From: the human T2T-CHM13v2.0 reference genome, Homo sapiens | Direction: 5' to 3' (one strand) | DNA length: 64,000 bases | Assembly: GCF_009914755.1 (NCBI RefSeq) | Contig: NC_060932.1 | Shown: in pieces, positions 16,449 through 30,639 of the stretch | How the letters are laid out: the number at the start of each line of letters is the position of its first letter | Position numbering within the stretch: position 1 is the stretch's first letter | Program-made: the position numbers and the translations under genes | The notes under the pieces: model-generated | The model's input: only the letters and a program-made list of their open reading frames with translations | Told to the model about the DNA's origin: nothing | The model's database searches: none

Positions 16449-16965
16449 TGCTTCCTTACTTTTCTTTTTTCTGGTTGTAAACACTTCCAACAAGGCAGAA
16501 ATGAGTAAGGGGAAAGTGGAACTTGCTGTGGACACGGCCACAGGACCACGCTTTTGTTCCTGTTGGGATGCCTGGGTCGGTTTCACAGGTCGCCTCTCAG
16601 TCCTGCAGGCTGAACCCGTCTGTCTGGGTGCCCCGCGCTGCCTGCCTCCTGGGCACTCTGGGGCGACGTGGACGGATGCGCCCTTGTCTAAGCTTCGGTG
16701 TGTGCGGTGAGGGGTCTGCACCAAAAATGCTCCATCAATGAGGGAGAGTCCTCCCCGGGAGGGGCTTCCGTGCCTCCCATTCTGGGCACTTCGAGATTTT
16801 CAGCAGGAAGTGCTGTCCTTGAGTCATTCTGTTTTGTCCCGAGGCTGCTGCGAGGAGGTGGACAGGTGAGCACATGCTGAAGAGTGGGGACATGTGCGAC
16901 GGTTTCAGTCCAGGCACAGCCGCAGGTCCTGGCTGCCCCACTTTCCCTGGCCCGAGAAGAGCAGC

Positions 16966-17089
16966 CCCCAGCAGGCTGCCGGCACAGTCCCGGCTCACTC
17001 ACGGCCTAGAGAGCATTGCAGGGCCCCAGCAGGCTGCCGGCACAGTCCCGGCTCACTCACGGCCTAGAGAGCATTGCAGGGCCCCAGCA
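16966..17089. repeat. Perfect 58-bp tandem duplication in the VENTX pseudogene 3' UTR
   Basis: 16966-17023 is identical to 17024-17081, followed by a third ccccagca. Confidence 0.97.
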
Positions 17090-17579
17090 TCCCGCCTTAA
17101 TTTTCACCTTTGTTCCCTCCTTCTTTCCAGCTTTGGAGTCCTTGTTAAGAGGGACTCGAACCCCAAGGTTATAAACACGACACTTGCATTCCCTTCCAAT
17201 CCTTCCTGGTTTTCTTTTTTACACACAAAATTTACAACCTTTACTTTTTCCAACTGGAAAACCAGTTTTTCCAACATTTTTTAAAAAACAAATTATCCTT
17301 TTATCATATGCTGAAAGCCCTACCCATAACAAGCCCATTTCTGCGTTTGACTCGGTTCACTGACCATTTACTTCCTAAACAGACCCTTTTGGTAACTTTC
17401 AGTGAAGAGATGGCTTTAATAAATATATTCTCCAGAAAGCTCCAGAACCTTTGCATGGGTCAGGGTGAGAGGTGCCGCCACGATGTAAACAGAACAGAGC
17501 AGCTGAGCCCTCCAGGTGGGCTCCAGGTGCGATCTGCACAGACCGCGCGTGTGGGAGGCATGGAGTCAGAGGTGCATCC

Positions 17580-18358
17580 TCAAAATGCATCCCCCCGTCT
17601 CCTGCAGGGCGCTCAGGCCCCAGGGCCCCGTGGACAGAGCTGGTCCCAGCGTACGCACGCCACTTCCTGGGCTTGGCCGGTGGTACGCCAGAGGCTGCCC
17701 ATAGCAGGAAACCCCCGCAGAGGCCAGGGCCTCTTGTTCCACTTGGCAGAGACCCCAGAGAGAGCCAGGGGGCAGCATCAGAGCCTGGGGCCCTGGCAGG
17801 GGTGCCCAAGGGCACGGCAGCTGCAGGTATTGACAAGGCCAGAAGACGGTGAGTGGAAAGCAGGGGGCGCGTGGAGAGACACAGAGAAGGGGCTGTTCAG
17901 CTGGGAGTCCTGCGTTTGTCGTTTCTGTTTCATCTGGCGTTTTTGAAACCAGGTTTTTGTCTAGACGTCCGAGAGCTGCATCTCCCTGCCAGCCTTTTCC
18001 GTTCCAGAGGGCCCAGGTCCTGGTGGTGCTGGAAGACGCCCTCCAAGGCGCGGACCTGCTCGGTGGTGAAGGCTGTGCCTACACAGGGGGCCTGCCAGGG
18101 GTTTGGCTTCTTACCCAACCCAGCCACGGCCCTCTCCGGCGCAGGCAGATTTGAGGACCGAGCCTTCTTGATGCTGACGGCCTGAGGGGGCTCCCGGGTG
18201 CCGGATGTCTGGCCCGGGCCAGGGTGGCTCCCCGGGGAGACGTCGGCAGGCCTGGGGGTGTGGGTCGGCCCTGAGCAGCTGTTCTGGGAGAGCCAGTCCA
18301 CGGAGCCAAAGCTGGAGGGCTGCTGCCGGCCACGAGGTGGGGAGGAGGACGGACGCAT
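17580..18358 (-). pseudogene. VENTX: Disabled VENTX coding-region remnant
   Basis: Compared with VENTX as recalled: 1-bp deletion near 17988 after RKRLA; in-frame TAG at 17961-17963 (EMQLSDV*); helix 3 reads WFQKRQMK instead of WFQNRRMK; second 1-bp deletion near 17828; extra G just before the GDAF-stop. The C-terminal part is visible in ORF 17566-17778 (MLPPGSLWGLCQVEQEALASAG...). Confidence 0.93.
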
Positions 18359-18431
18359 GGCGGTCAGGTGGGCCAGAGGGAAGGCCGGGCAGGGCTGGCC
18401 AGGCGCAGGATCCACCACCTGCTTCCTTCTT

Positions 18432-18910
18432 AAAACCTGCTAATGGTTTCTCATCAGACATGGGGTTAAAAATCCATGGGCCTGTAAGCCCTACGTGGTC
18501 CAGGCTCTCCAACCTTGTCTCACACCATTCTCTCCATTGTTCCTGACGCTCTACCCACCCTGGTCTTCATAGTTCCATCGGGCCTTTGCCTTGGCTGGTT
18601 CCTTTGCTTGACGTAGTCATCCCCTAGAGGGTCATGTGGCTTGCTCCTAGTTATTCAGGTCTCCGTTTAAATGTCTCTTACTCAGATGCTCCTAATCACC
18701 CATTGTAGAGTGGTCCCCCGCCCCTGCCATTCTCTAGCGCTGCTTTATTTTCTTCATAGCACTTGTCACCATTTGAAATTTTTTGTTTGCTTGCTTAATT
18801 TGTCTGCTTAATATTCTACTAAGAAATTAGGAATCTTGACTAATTTCTGGTTTCTTGATTTTCCCAGTATCTCCCATGCTTGGCATTTAATTGATATTTA
18901 CTGAATAAAA
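18432..18910 (+). mobile_element. L2 3' fragment, right of the VENTX insertion
   Basis: aaaacctgctaatggtttc...gggcctttgccttggctggttcct...ctttattttcttcatagcacttgtcacc...tatttactgaataaa. Confidence 0.75.
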
Positions 18911-19268
18911 AGGCAAAGCTGGAGCGGGAGGCTGAGGCTAAGTTTTGGAATGCTTGGGTGCATTGCTAAGGAGCCTGGACTTCACTCGATAGTTAAGAGG
19001 AGGGGCATTAGAACTCTTTGAGCAGAGGATTAATGCAATTAGAATTAAGCTTTACGAGTACTGACCCAGAAGTGGGATGCAAGATGAATTGGAGAGGGAA
19101 GAGAGTAGGAATAAGAGATCTCTTAGAAGCCAAACTTCATACACTAGATGACTTGACTCTTTCCAAAATATTTGATGATTTTCTGGCTTCTTTGCCGTCG
19201 TGCATAAGAAACAGTGTGTGGATGCTGCTGTAATAACCCTGGACATAAAATCAGTAGAGCATTATTCC

Positions 19269-19566
19269 TTTTTTTTTTTTTTTTTTTTTGAGATGGAGTC
19301 CCTCTCTTTTGCCCAGGCTGGAGTGTAGTGGCGTGATCTCGGCTCACTGCAGCCTCAAACTTCTGGGTTCAAGCAATCCTCCTGCCTCAGCCTCCTGAGT
19401 TGCTGAGACTACGGGCGTGCACTAATTTTTTAACATTTTTTTTTGTAGAGATGGAGTCTCACTCTGTTCCCCAGGCTGGTTTCGAACTCCTGAGCTTAAG
19501 GGATCCTCCTGCCTCAGTTTCCCAAAGTACTGGGATTACAGGTGTGAGCCACAGCACCACCTGGCA
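19269..19566 (-). mobile_element. Alu (AluJ-like)
   Basis: T21 tail, dimer with a small internal deletion. Confidence 0.92.
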
Positions 19567-20556
19567 CATTTGCCACTTTCAAATGTCCTTATTTGTGCAT
19601 AGATTCGTTCTTTCCTTCCTTCCCCTCATCTCTGGACTGTCTTGTTCATCGAGGATGAGACCATGTCTTGTTCTCTCGATCCCAGAGTCTGGCACTGAGT
19701 AAGGTTCTCAACAAGTGTTTAAGACGTGTTTGTGGGATACATAGATATGGCAAGTAAATCCTTTTAAGTGTTTTCAGAAGGCTGTATCCTGAGTCATTTC
19801 AAATTGGCCCATAGGCAAGTACTTGTGTTGTGCAAAGCAAGGAATGGTACCTTTAATGAACTGGGAGGCTGAGGTAGAGATAAGGGCATAATGAGGAAAA
19901 AGATGGTAATTCTATTCTTTATTTTGGTTTCTTCTCCAGACTTTGATTTATTGTTACGGAGTTTTTCAGGTCATAAACACAGAAGACACATTGAGATCAT
20001 TTTTGGGAGAACTGAGAATGTATCTGTGGCCATAATTCAGTGTGTTTTATTTTGGGAAATGAGAAGTCATGTTTTCATTTCATTTGTTGTTGCTAAGCTC
20101 TGAAGATTGCCAATTAGCCCTTGCCCTTGCTGGATGCCTTGGTAAATTTTTAAAATTTGTGGTCCTTGAAAAAACAAAGCAAACAGCCCTATTATTTTTC
20201 TGCACTTTTGTATCTTTATTGTATCACTTATTATAGTCTGCTTTATATTATGGTTATTTGTTGGTGTGGCTTTCTTCTCAGCTAGATTGGGAAGCCTTTA
20301 AGGCAGGAACTATGTTCATTAATCTCTTAGCATGGTGCCAGGTACATAGAAGGAGCTTAATTGATGCAAGCTGTATGGAATTTTTTGTAATTGTACATTA
20401 AGACATAGAGAAGAGGCTGTTTTTCTTTTTCTCAGTCCCCTTGGGAACTAGATGTCAATGCCACATTTTCTGTATTTCTGTTTGATCTGCAATCATTTAT
20501 ACATTGTCTTCAGGTATTTCATAAGGATTGTATTTATCTATATCAACGTCTATATC

Positions 20557-21160
20557 TGTCAGAGGCATTTGAACCAAAGTGACTCCATCTTGAATAGGGG
20601 CTGGATAAAATGAGGCTGAGACCTACTGGGCTGCACTCCCAGGAGGTTAGGCATTCCTGGCCACAGGAGGAGATAGGAGGCTGGGACAAGATACCGGTCA
20701 CAAAGGCCTTGCTGATAAACAAGGATGCAGTACAGAAGCCGGCCAAAACTAAGATGGCGATGAAAGTGACTTCTGGTCATCCTCACTGCTCATTATGCAC
20801 TAATTATAATACATTAATATGCTAAAAGACGCTCCTAATGTCCCAAAGACAGTCTACAAATGTCATGGCAATGTCCAGAAGTACCCTATATAGTCTGACA
20901 TGGGGAAGAACCCTCAGTTCTGGGAAATCGCTTTTGGGAAATCCCTGCTCCACCCCTTGTTTAGCATATAATCAAGAAATAACTGTAAGTATACTCAGTT
21001 GAGTGGCCCTGTCACTTCTGCCTATGGAGTAGCCATTCTTTTATTCCTTTACTTTCTTAATAAACTTGCCTTCACTCTATGGACTCACCCCAAATTCTTT
21101 CTTGTGTGAAGTCCAAGAACCTTCTCTTGGGGTTTGGATTGGGACTTCTTTCTGGTAACA
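20557..21160 (+). mobile_element. MER41 (ERV1) solo LTR, MER41A/B-like
   Basis: tgtcagaggcatttgaaccaaagtgactccatcttgaatagggg...ttctggtaaca. TG...CA ends, 4-bp TSD tatc on both sides, AATAAA near 21059. Confidence 0.92.
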
Positions 21161-21206
21161 TATCTGTGTCTATGTCTGCATGCCCATCTATCATCTGTCT
21201 GCCTGC

Positions 21207-21251
21207 GTATGTATGTATGTATGTATGTATGTATGTATGTATGTATCTATC

Positions 21252-21306
<55 letters not shown>
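21207..21306. repeat. Compound tetranucleotide STR (GTAT)n(CTAT)n
   Basis: About 10 GTAT units followed by about 14 TCTA units with one interruption. Confidence 0.97.
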
Positions 21307-21307
<1 letters not shown>

Positions 21308-23112
21308 CAAGAATACAGCTGTCTTTCCTGCAATAGACTGCTTGCTCTTCAGGAACTGGGTAGTATCCATGGGATAAAGATTGCTCCTTTGAAATTGTCC
21401 ATTGGTGTCTTTCTGAGATTTTTGCATCATTTTTCAGCTTCGGGGATATAGAGCAGGAAGTATTTCCTGAATCATTGCTAATGAAGACCTCTGTGGAGTT
21501 TTCCTAAGTTGGGGGACTCTGTTAAGAGTAGAGGGAAGAACCAGAGCTTAATGTGATTCCTCCTTAAAGAGTAGGCGCCTGCAGAGGCTATTTGGGCTAT
21601 CTGTGGCCTTGGGCTGATATTGAGTTGTATGGATATATTTAGCCCTTGCGTGGACACTCAGAACCTTCAAGAGTTGTTGGTTTTGAATCTTGAGAGTGCC
21701 TTGGAAATCCCTAATGAGACAGCTGGAACCACGATCACTGGCAAACTTATCCCTAAAGGTCTGATCATTTACCCTTAGTCAGGGTTTGGTCAGGTGGTCC
21801 CCTTTCTGTTCTCCTTAACTCAAGAGGAAAGGAGAAAACTGGGACTGGAAAAGCCCCTTTCCACACAGCAGCTTAGCAGGCCCTGTGGAAGTGTAGGAAG
21901 ATGCCAGTGGCAGAAGGTTCACTTGGCTGCCTGACTATGGTCATGCTAGAAATTAGGATTCCAATGATTCCTCCAGATAGGCATCCAAGTTACTTTATTC
22001 TACAAGACCCAGTTCCTTTTGGGATTTGATTTCAAATGTATGTCTCATAGAGCTAATTAAAAAATCATAGTGTTGATGTTATGGATGGAACCCAGGGGGA
22101 GAGAAAGCTGGAGCCTCAGGAAAGGCATCAGAGTGACGCCAGGAGGTAGACATTGCACTCAAAAGATGCACAAAGGTGGCCGCAGCAGTTAACAGCAACT
22201 GCTGTGAGTCAGCCCCAAGTCAGGGATCTTCTAATGACAGCTCAGAAAGGAAGTTGCAAGCAGCGGTCCACTGGGTGGCTGATAGTTATTGATATCCAGA
22301 GGAAGCCATGGCACTGGATATAATTGGCTGCAGAATGGGGGCACATTATACGAAATGGTACCTTTAAGAATTAACAAGTTTCTGTTCCTCTAGAGAGAAA
22401 TCGATATAAAAGATTTTTAAATAAATGGTCATGTCAATGATGGAGAAAATGATTTCTGTCAAATGAATTAAATTGATTGGGGAGATGCAAGAGAGATTTC
22501 TTCACTCTGGGATGAGTGGGCAGAACATTTACAAGCCATGCCACTGTATGGTTTCTTGGTTTCTGGGTTGTTTTCTAATATAGATCACTAAGGAAATGAT
22601 ATTAGTTCTGAAGTGCTCTACTACAGAGATGAAAACCACCAATTTTTTATTATTGCCAAAGGGAGCCTCCTCTAGAAGTGACCTAGAGCATGTTATAAGT
22701 AGCTCTTCCTTGTCTGGCTGGGCTAGTGCAGGTACAGTTCTGCATGGAGGCAGCTGAATGACTGTGTCAACCTATGGCTGCACTCCCTGAAAGAGATTGA
22801 AGTGCCCCCAGGACAGACTAAAAGTCAGCCATGGGTCACTGCCCAGGGAGATTGGTTACAGTACCATGGTTGTGGGTTTAGGTGGTGGACATATAAATTA
22901 TAGAACATAATTTATAGAAATATATAATCCTATGTAATTATAGAATTATAAATATATTATTTATTTTATCTATCACACTTCATACCTACTTCATTAACTA
23001 TGAATTAAATTAGTTCTCCAGATTAATTATAAATATACTACATTATATATAGTATATTTGTATATTTATAGTATACTATATATATCTTTTATGTATATAT
23101 AGTATATTTGTA

Positions 23113-23310
23113 CAGTAATAAGGTCTGTACAGGCCAAGTGTGGCTTGGTGCCTGTTTCTGTAAGAAAAGTTTTATTAGAACACAGACACGCTCATTGCAT
23201 TGTCTGTGACTGTTGTCCTGCTCTGATGGTAGAGTTGAGAAGTTGTGACAAGACCACAGAGCTCTCAAAGTCAAACATGTTAACTCTCTGGCCCATTGCA
23301 GACATGGGCT
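23113..23310. mobile_element. MER58A (hAT-Charlie)
   Basis: gcctgtttctgtaagaaaagttttattagaacacag...agagttgagaagttgtgacaagacc...tctggcccattgcaga. Confidence 0.78.
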
Positions 23311-23537
23311 ATTTTTGATCTAGTCTAGTCCTCTGATTTCACCCATGAGGAAACCATCCTGGGAGGTAGGATGACCTTGCCCTGGATCACACGGCTGGAC
23401 CTGGAAGAGTCAGAACTGAAATCACCTCCTCAGCTTCCCTGTGTGTGTTCACACCCTGTACCAACTGTACTGCCCACCCAGCTTCTCCAATTGTCACCCA
23501 TTTATGGCAAGAGGAAAGAGATCCAATGAAGAGTAAG

Positions 23538-24250
<713 letters not shown>

Positions 24251-24539
24251 TTCTTGCTGCTTTTCTGATGCTGGGCCTGTCATTGTGGGAGAAGCACTTT
24301 TCTTCTTCTTCTTTTTGAAAGAAAGCAGAATTTACATTTATGTTGACCGTATGTTCATTATCCGTGACTCAGTACAGAGAACCTTTCTGTGCCTTCTTAT
24401 AGGATGAGGTTGCTTATCCTTCAGACACTACAGAAGGAAGAAGCACAGCTAAATACATTAACAACACTTACCTCCTGGCTTCAAGGCCCTTCATATAATT
24501 TACCTGGAGAGACCAGGGTGCTCAAAGACATAGAAGGAA

Positions 24540-24677
24540 TAAGATTACGTCTATCAGATACTATGCTTATTATCTGGGTGACAGAATTATCATGCACCAA
24601 ACCCCCACAACATGTAGTTTACCTATATAACCAACCTGAACATGTACCCCTGAAACTAAAATAAAAGCAAAAAAAAT
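24540..24677 (+). mobile_element. Short primate L1 3' end
   Basis: tactatgcttattatctgggtgacaga...gtttacctatataaccaacctgaacatgtacccctgaaactaaaataaaag plus A tail. Confidence 0.8.
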
Positions 24678-24794
24678 TATTAGATTCTAGGGAAGAAAAT
24701 TCTATAGCTGGATCCAAATTATACCTTGATAATAATAAATAAATGTGATTAGAAATAAGAGTATTTTTAACATAAGAATTTAGAATTTTTAAAA

Positions 24795-26380
<1,586 letters not shown>

Positions 26381-27469
26381 ATCTTTTGAAACAGGGTGGA
26401 CAGTGGCTGGGATTAGTGTTACCAAAAGAGCTTGTGGATCTACTACAAACACTAAAAGGCCAAGTGACCCTTTCATTCTCTCTGCATGAAGTGTGGTCTG
26501 ATGCCTTGTTTTAGCATCAGGCTACTGGGGGAGTGCAAGTTAAGCCCTTGATATGCCATTAGTATCTGGGAAAGAGACAGAGGCGGGATGTCAGTTATGG
26601 GGACACAGAATAAAATCCTTAAGAATCAAGAGCTATCTCTGAGAATTAATGGACTGCTTTCCTCCAGCTTATTCAAATAATCAGCTCATTTCATGTGAGA
26701 TAAATTACAGGACCTTGTCACCCTGGCTCCCAGAGGAGGACACTTCTGTGATTCACAGTGCTCACCCCCGGGGAGCCTGAGGTGGGGGCACAGAGGCCTG
26801 TCTAGCTGATTGATGACTTGTGGCCTGCTGTTCAACCTCCCTGCAAGGAGCAGGGCAAGGGAGGGATTCACATGAAGCCACTGCCCACAGGACAGGCCTG
26901 GACCATGCCATGGAGAGGGAGCAATCTTAACAACCGCAGTCAGGTTCAACCTTGAAGCACCATTTGGCATTCTCCGGAGCCCTACAGGATGCAAGCAGAG
27001 CCAGCATCCACTTTGTTGCGTGTAGCCTTTGTTATTGTTGGTGGTTGTGCTGGTTGGTGCTGTTGTGTATATGTTGAGGCTGTAGGGGGTTGTATTGCAA
27101 GGGAGAAGCAAATTCTGGATGTAGGAGAAATAGTGCAGTGTGCCAGAAATGGAGCCTAGGGCATGATCTTATGGTGATGGGAAGTTCTGCAAGGAAGCAT
27201 GGACATCTGGTCTTTCGAACTATGGAGCTCAATGGGAATTAACCATAAAGCAACTTAAAAAACCCTACTGCCCCTTATTTATTTATTTATTTATTTTTAC
27301 TTGTGGTATAATTACATTGGTATAAAGTTCAAGAACAGACAGAACTTGTCCATGGTAGAAATCAGAAAAGAGAGAAGTAGAAATTGACTGAGGAAGGTCA
27401 CAAGGGAACTTCTTGGAGTACTGGAAACATGCTATATTTTTATTTGGTTGGGGTTATACCAAGTGAATT

Positions 27470-27636
27470 AGATGGATAGATAATTGATGATGATGATGAA
27501 GATAGATAGATAGAAAATAGGTAGATAGATGCTAGGTGGATAGAGATTGATAGATAATAGAAAGATAGGTGATAAATAATAGGTAATAGATCATAGATAG
27601 ATGATCATGATGATAGATAGATGTAGAGATATATAT
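27470..27636. repeat. Degenerate (GATA)n/(GAT)n repeat within an old L1M 3' fragment
   Basis: Interrupted gatagatagat arrays. Confidence 0.85.
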
Positions 27637-28118
27637 CACTGAGTTGTACACTTAACATCTGTACGTTTTACTTTATGTAAATGTTACCGCTCATTTTAAA
27701 AAATAAGTTTTAAAAAAAGGAAACAACCTTCACTGGAGTTTGAGGAAAGGGGTCCCCATTTGCCAAGTTCCCCACACGGCCTCTGCCCCATCCCCTATTC
27801 CCTAATCAGAAGTTCTTTCTTCCTAGGCTCCAGGGCTTCTCCCAGCTACATCTTCACGGCTGAGTACACACAGGGTTCAGAGGCTTCTTGGAAGCCTCTT
27901 GCTGGCTGGACAGGCCTTCACTTAGGGCTTGAGTGTTCAGGTCGGCATATGTCACCCTGTGGGCTTCTTCAGCTCTGGAGGCCTGGGATCCTTCATCCAA
28001 GGCAGGCCAGCAACTCTTCCAGCTGGTGGCACATCTGTTACTGCCTCTTTGGGTTCTTTGGAAGAATGGGAGCTTTTGGTTACCTTGTCAGGAGCTGCTC
28101 CACTCTGGGTGTTTGTAG

Positions 28119-29028
<910 letters not shown>

Positions 29029-29780
29029 TGAGCAAACTGAAGCTCAAATAGGATACATGATTTGCTCAAGGTCACACAGCTGGTGAGTAGCAGAGCTGGG
29101 AGTTGGGGTCACCATCAGGCTTCGTTAAACTCTGCTGGTGGGATTCACCACATCACTCTCATTGCCTTCACCATCCACAACTCCTACTGCCCCTTTAAAC
29201 CTATTTACTGCATCTAGTTTTCCTGCTGCTGAATAAAATATCAGGCATTCTTCTGAATTTTCTGGTGGTTCTTATGTAGTATGAAATCTAACAATTACCT
29301 TTTAAATGATAAACACAGCCTAGATTCAGAAAATAGAAGGTCGACTGCCTTATAATAACCAGTATGCCAATTCTAACTCACAGTGGAGACTTCTCCCACC
29401 TTCTCCAGCCGTAGCTAGGTGCCGGGAGGCCTAGAGCAAAGAAGGAGGGTGTGGTTGGCTCCTCCTGTATTTCCTGCTCTGACTAGCTGTTATTTCTGAC
29501 CCTTCCAGGTTGGAGATCAGAGGCCAGATGGAGGGATGAGAGGAACAGAATGTTACTTAACAGACACTGTTGGAAGCTGGCTTCAAGCTCTCTAAGCTTG
29601 GCAGATGTTAAAAAGAGAATCTTTCTCTCTCATGATATTCCAGTTGGTTCTTTGGAGATGCCTTACCTCCCCATTGCTAGAGATCTTGCACTAGCTGCTC
29701 CCCTGTTGCAGCTAGTGGCATCTGTATTGCAGCTGGTCACTTTTTGCTGAGCCCTCAGGAATTTGGCAATACCTTCAGTG

Positions 29781-29947
29781 CAGTAGTTCTCAATGATTTT
29801 GTCTCTTACAACTGGGAAGTGGAATTGGCATCTAGTAGGTAGAAACCAGGGATACTACTAAATATCTTACAATGCACAGGGCAGCCCCCCACAAAAAAGA
29901 ATGATCTACCTCAAAATGTCAGTGGTGCCAAGGTTGAGCAAACCAGC
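29781..29947. mobile_element. MER20 (hAT-Charlie), internally deleted
   Basis: cagtagttctcaa...ggcatctagtaggtagaaaccagggatactactaaatatcttacaatgcacagg...aaaatgtcagtggtgccaaggttgag. Confidence 0.85.
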
Positions 29948-30249
29948 TCTAGTGCATGGAAGACTCTCATGCATCTTTTGCCTGAGCAAATTCTTGGCTT
30001 GCAGGTGGGTATCATTGTAGCCTATCTCCTTTGGCTTACCCGTCAATAGCTAGCCAGTACGTCTCTTGTCCATATCCCTTAAACTGCACTTCTCTGGGTG
30101 GTCCTGCTGAAGTCCCCCTTCCTTGGCTTGGGGGTTAGGCACACTGTACAACTCTCTTCAGAGAGACACATATGCCCATAAATATCTTCTCTTCCTCTAG
30201 TTTTATTCCCATGAGGTGGGTGACAGGCTTAGGTTTCTAACTAATTATT

Positions 30250-30590
30250 GTAAAATTTACCTGCTGCTTATTGCTACAATAATTCTATGTAACACAAAAG
30301 TGCAAAACCTCTATGGTATACAACAAGATGTGTATTTATTGCTTGTGTATTTGACTAAGATGATTGACCAAGGTTCTGCTGATCTGAGCTGGCTCATGTG
30401 TCTGGGGGCCAACCAGCTGTTTCCTGATCTACTAGGTAGGTGCAAAAGTAATTGCAGTTTTTGTCGTTAATGGCAAAAACTGCAAATACTTTCACACCTA
30501 CCTAATAGAATGGTCTTGGCTGGGGTGATTGCTCTACGTGTTTTCCATCCTCCAGAAGGCTTGCTTGGTTGTGTTCTCATGGCAATGACA
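30250..30590 (-). mobile_element. Old MLT1-type LTR fragment hosting the MADE1
   Basis: Degenerate MLT1 motifs (tatttattgct...ctgctgatctgagctggctcatgtgtctggggg...catcctccag..ggct...ttctcatggcaatg). Confidence 0.55.
30432..30505. mobile_element. MADE1 (Hsmar1-derived MITE)
   Basis: taggtaggtgcaaaagtaattgcagtttttg...caaaaactgcaaatactttcacacctaccta palindrome with TA TSDs at 30430-30431 and 30506-30507. Confidence 0.93.
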
Positions 30591-30639
30591 AACGAGCAAA
30601 GGTATAATATTAGCAAGGATCAAGAATATGACAGAGGTT

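Larger units (their letters stand above)
16462..18419 (-). pseudogene. VENTX: Processed (retrotransposed) pseudogene of the VENT homeobox gene VENTX (VENTXP family; possibly VENTXP5, unverified)
   Basis: Minus-strand translation from ATG 18358 reads MRPSSSPPRGRQQPSSFGSVDWLSQNSCSGPTHTPRPAD...TAFTTEQVRALEGVFQHHQDLGPLERKRLA, matching the VENTX N-terminus and homeodomain helices 1-2. No introns. About 60 nt of 5' UTR, about 1.1 kb of 3' UTR and a short A-rich tail (T-rich on plus, ~16460-16470). TSD core tgcttcctt at 16449-16457 and 18420-18428, with a TT/AAGA L1-endonuclease-type site. Confidence 0.97.

Noticed and set aside
17308-17946. Longest ORF in the track (212 aa, plus strand)
   Set aside because: Antisense to GC-rich VENTX pseudogene sequence, where long stop-free frames arise by chance; no recognisable domain.
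24380-24540. Possible splice acceptor (ctttctgtgccttcttatag at ~24402) and a 91-aa ORF
   Set aside because: No clear donor or partner exons, and the ORF runs into an L1 3' end; not supportable without transcript data.
27879-27899. 9-bp hairpin agaggcttc/gaagcctct
   Set aside because: Short enough to occur by chance in 64 kb, with no supporting context.
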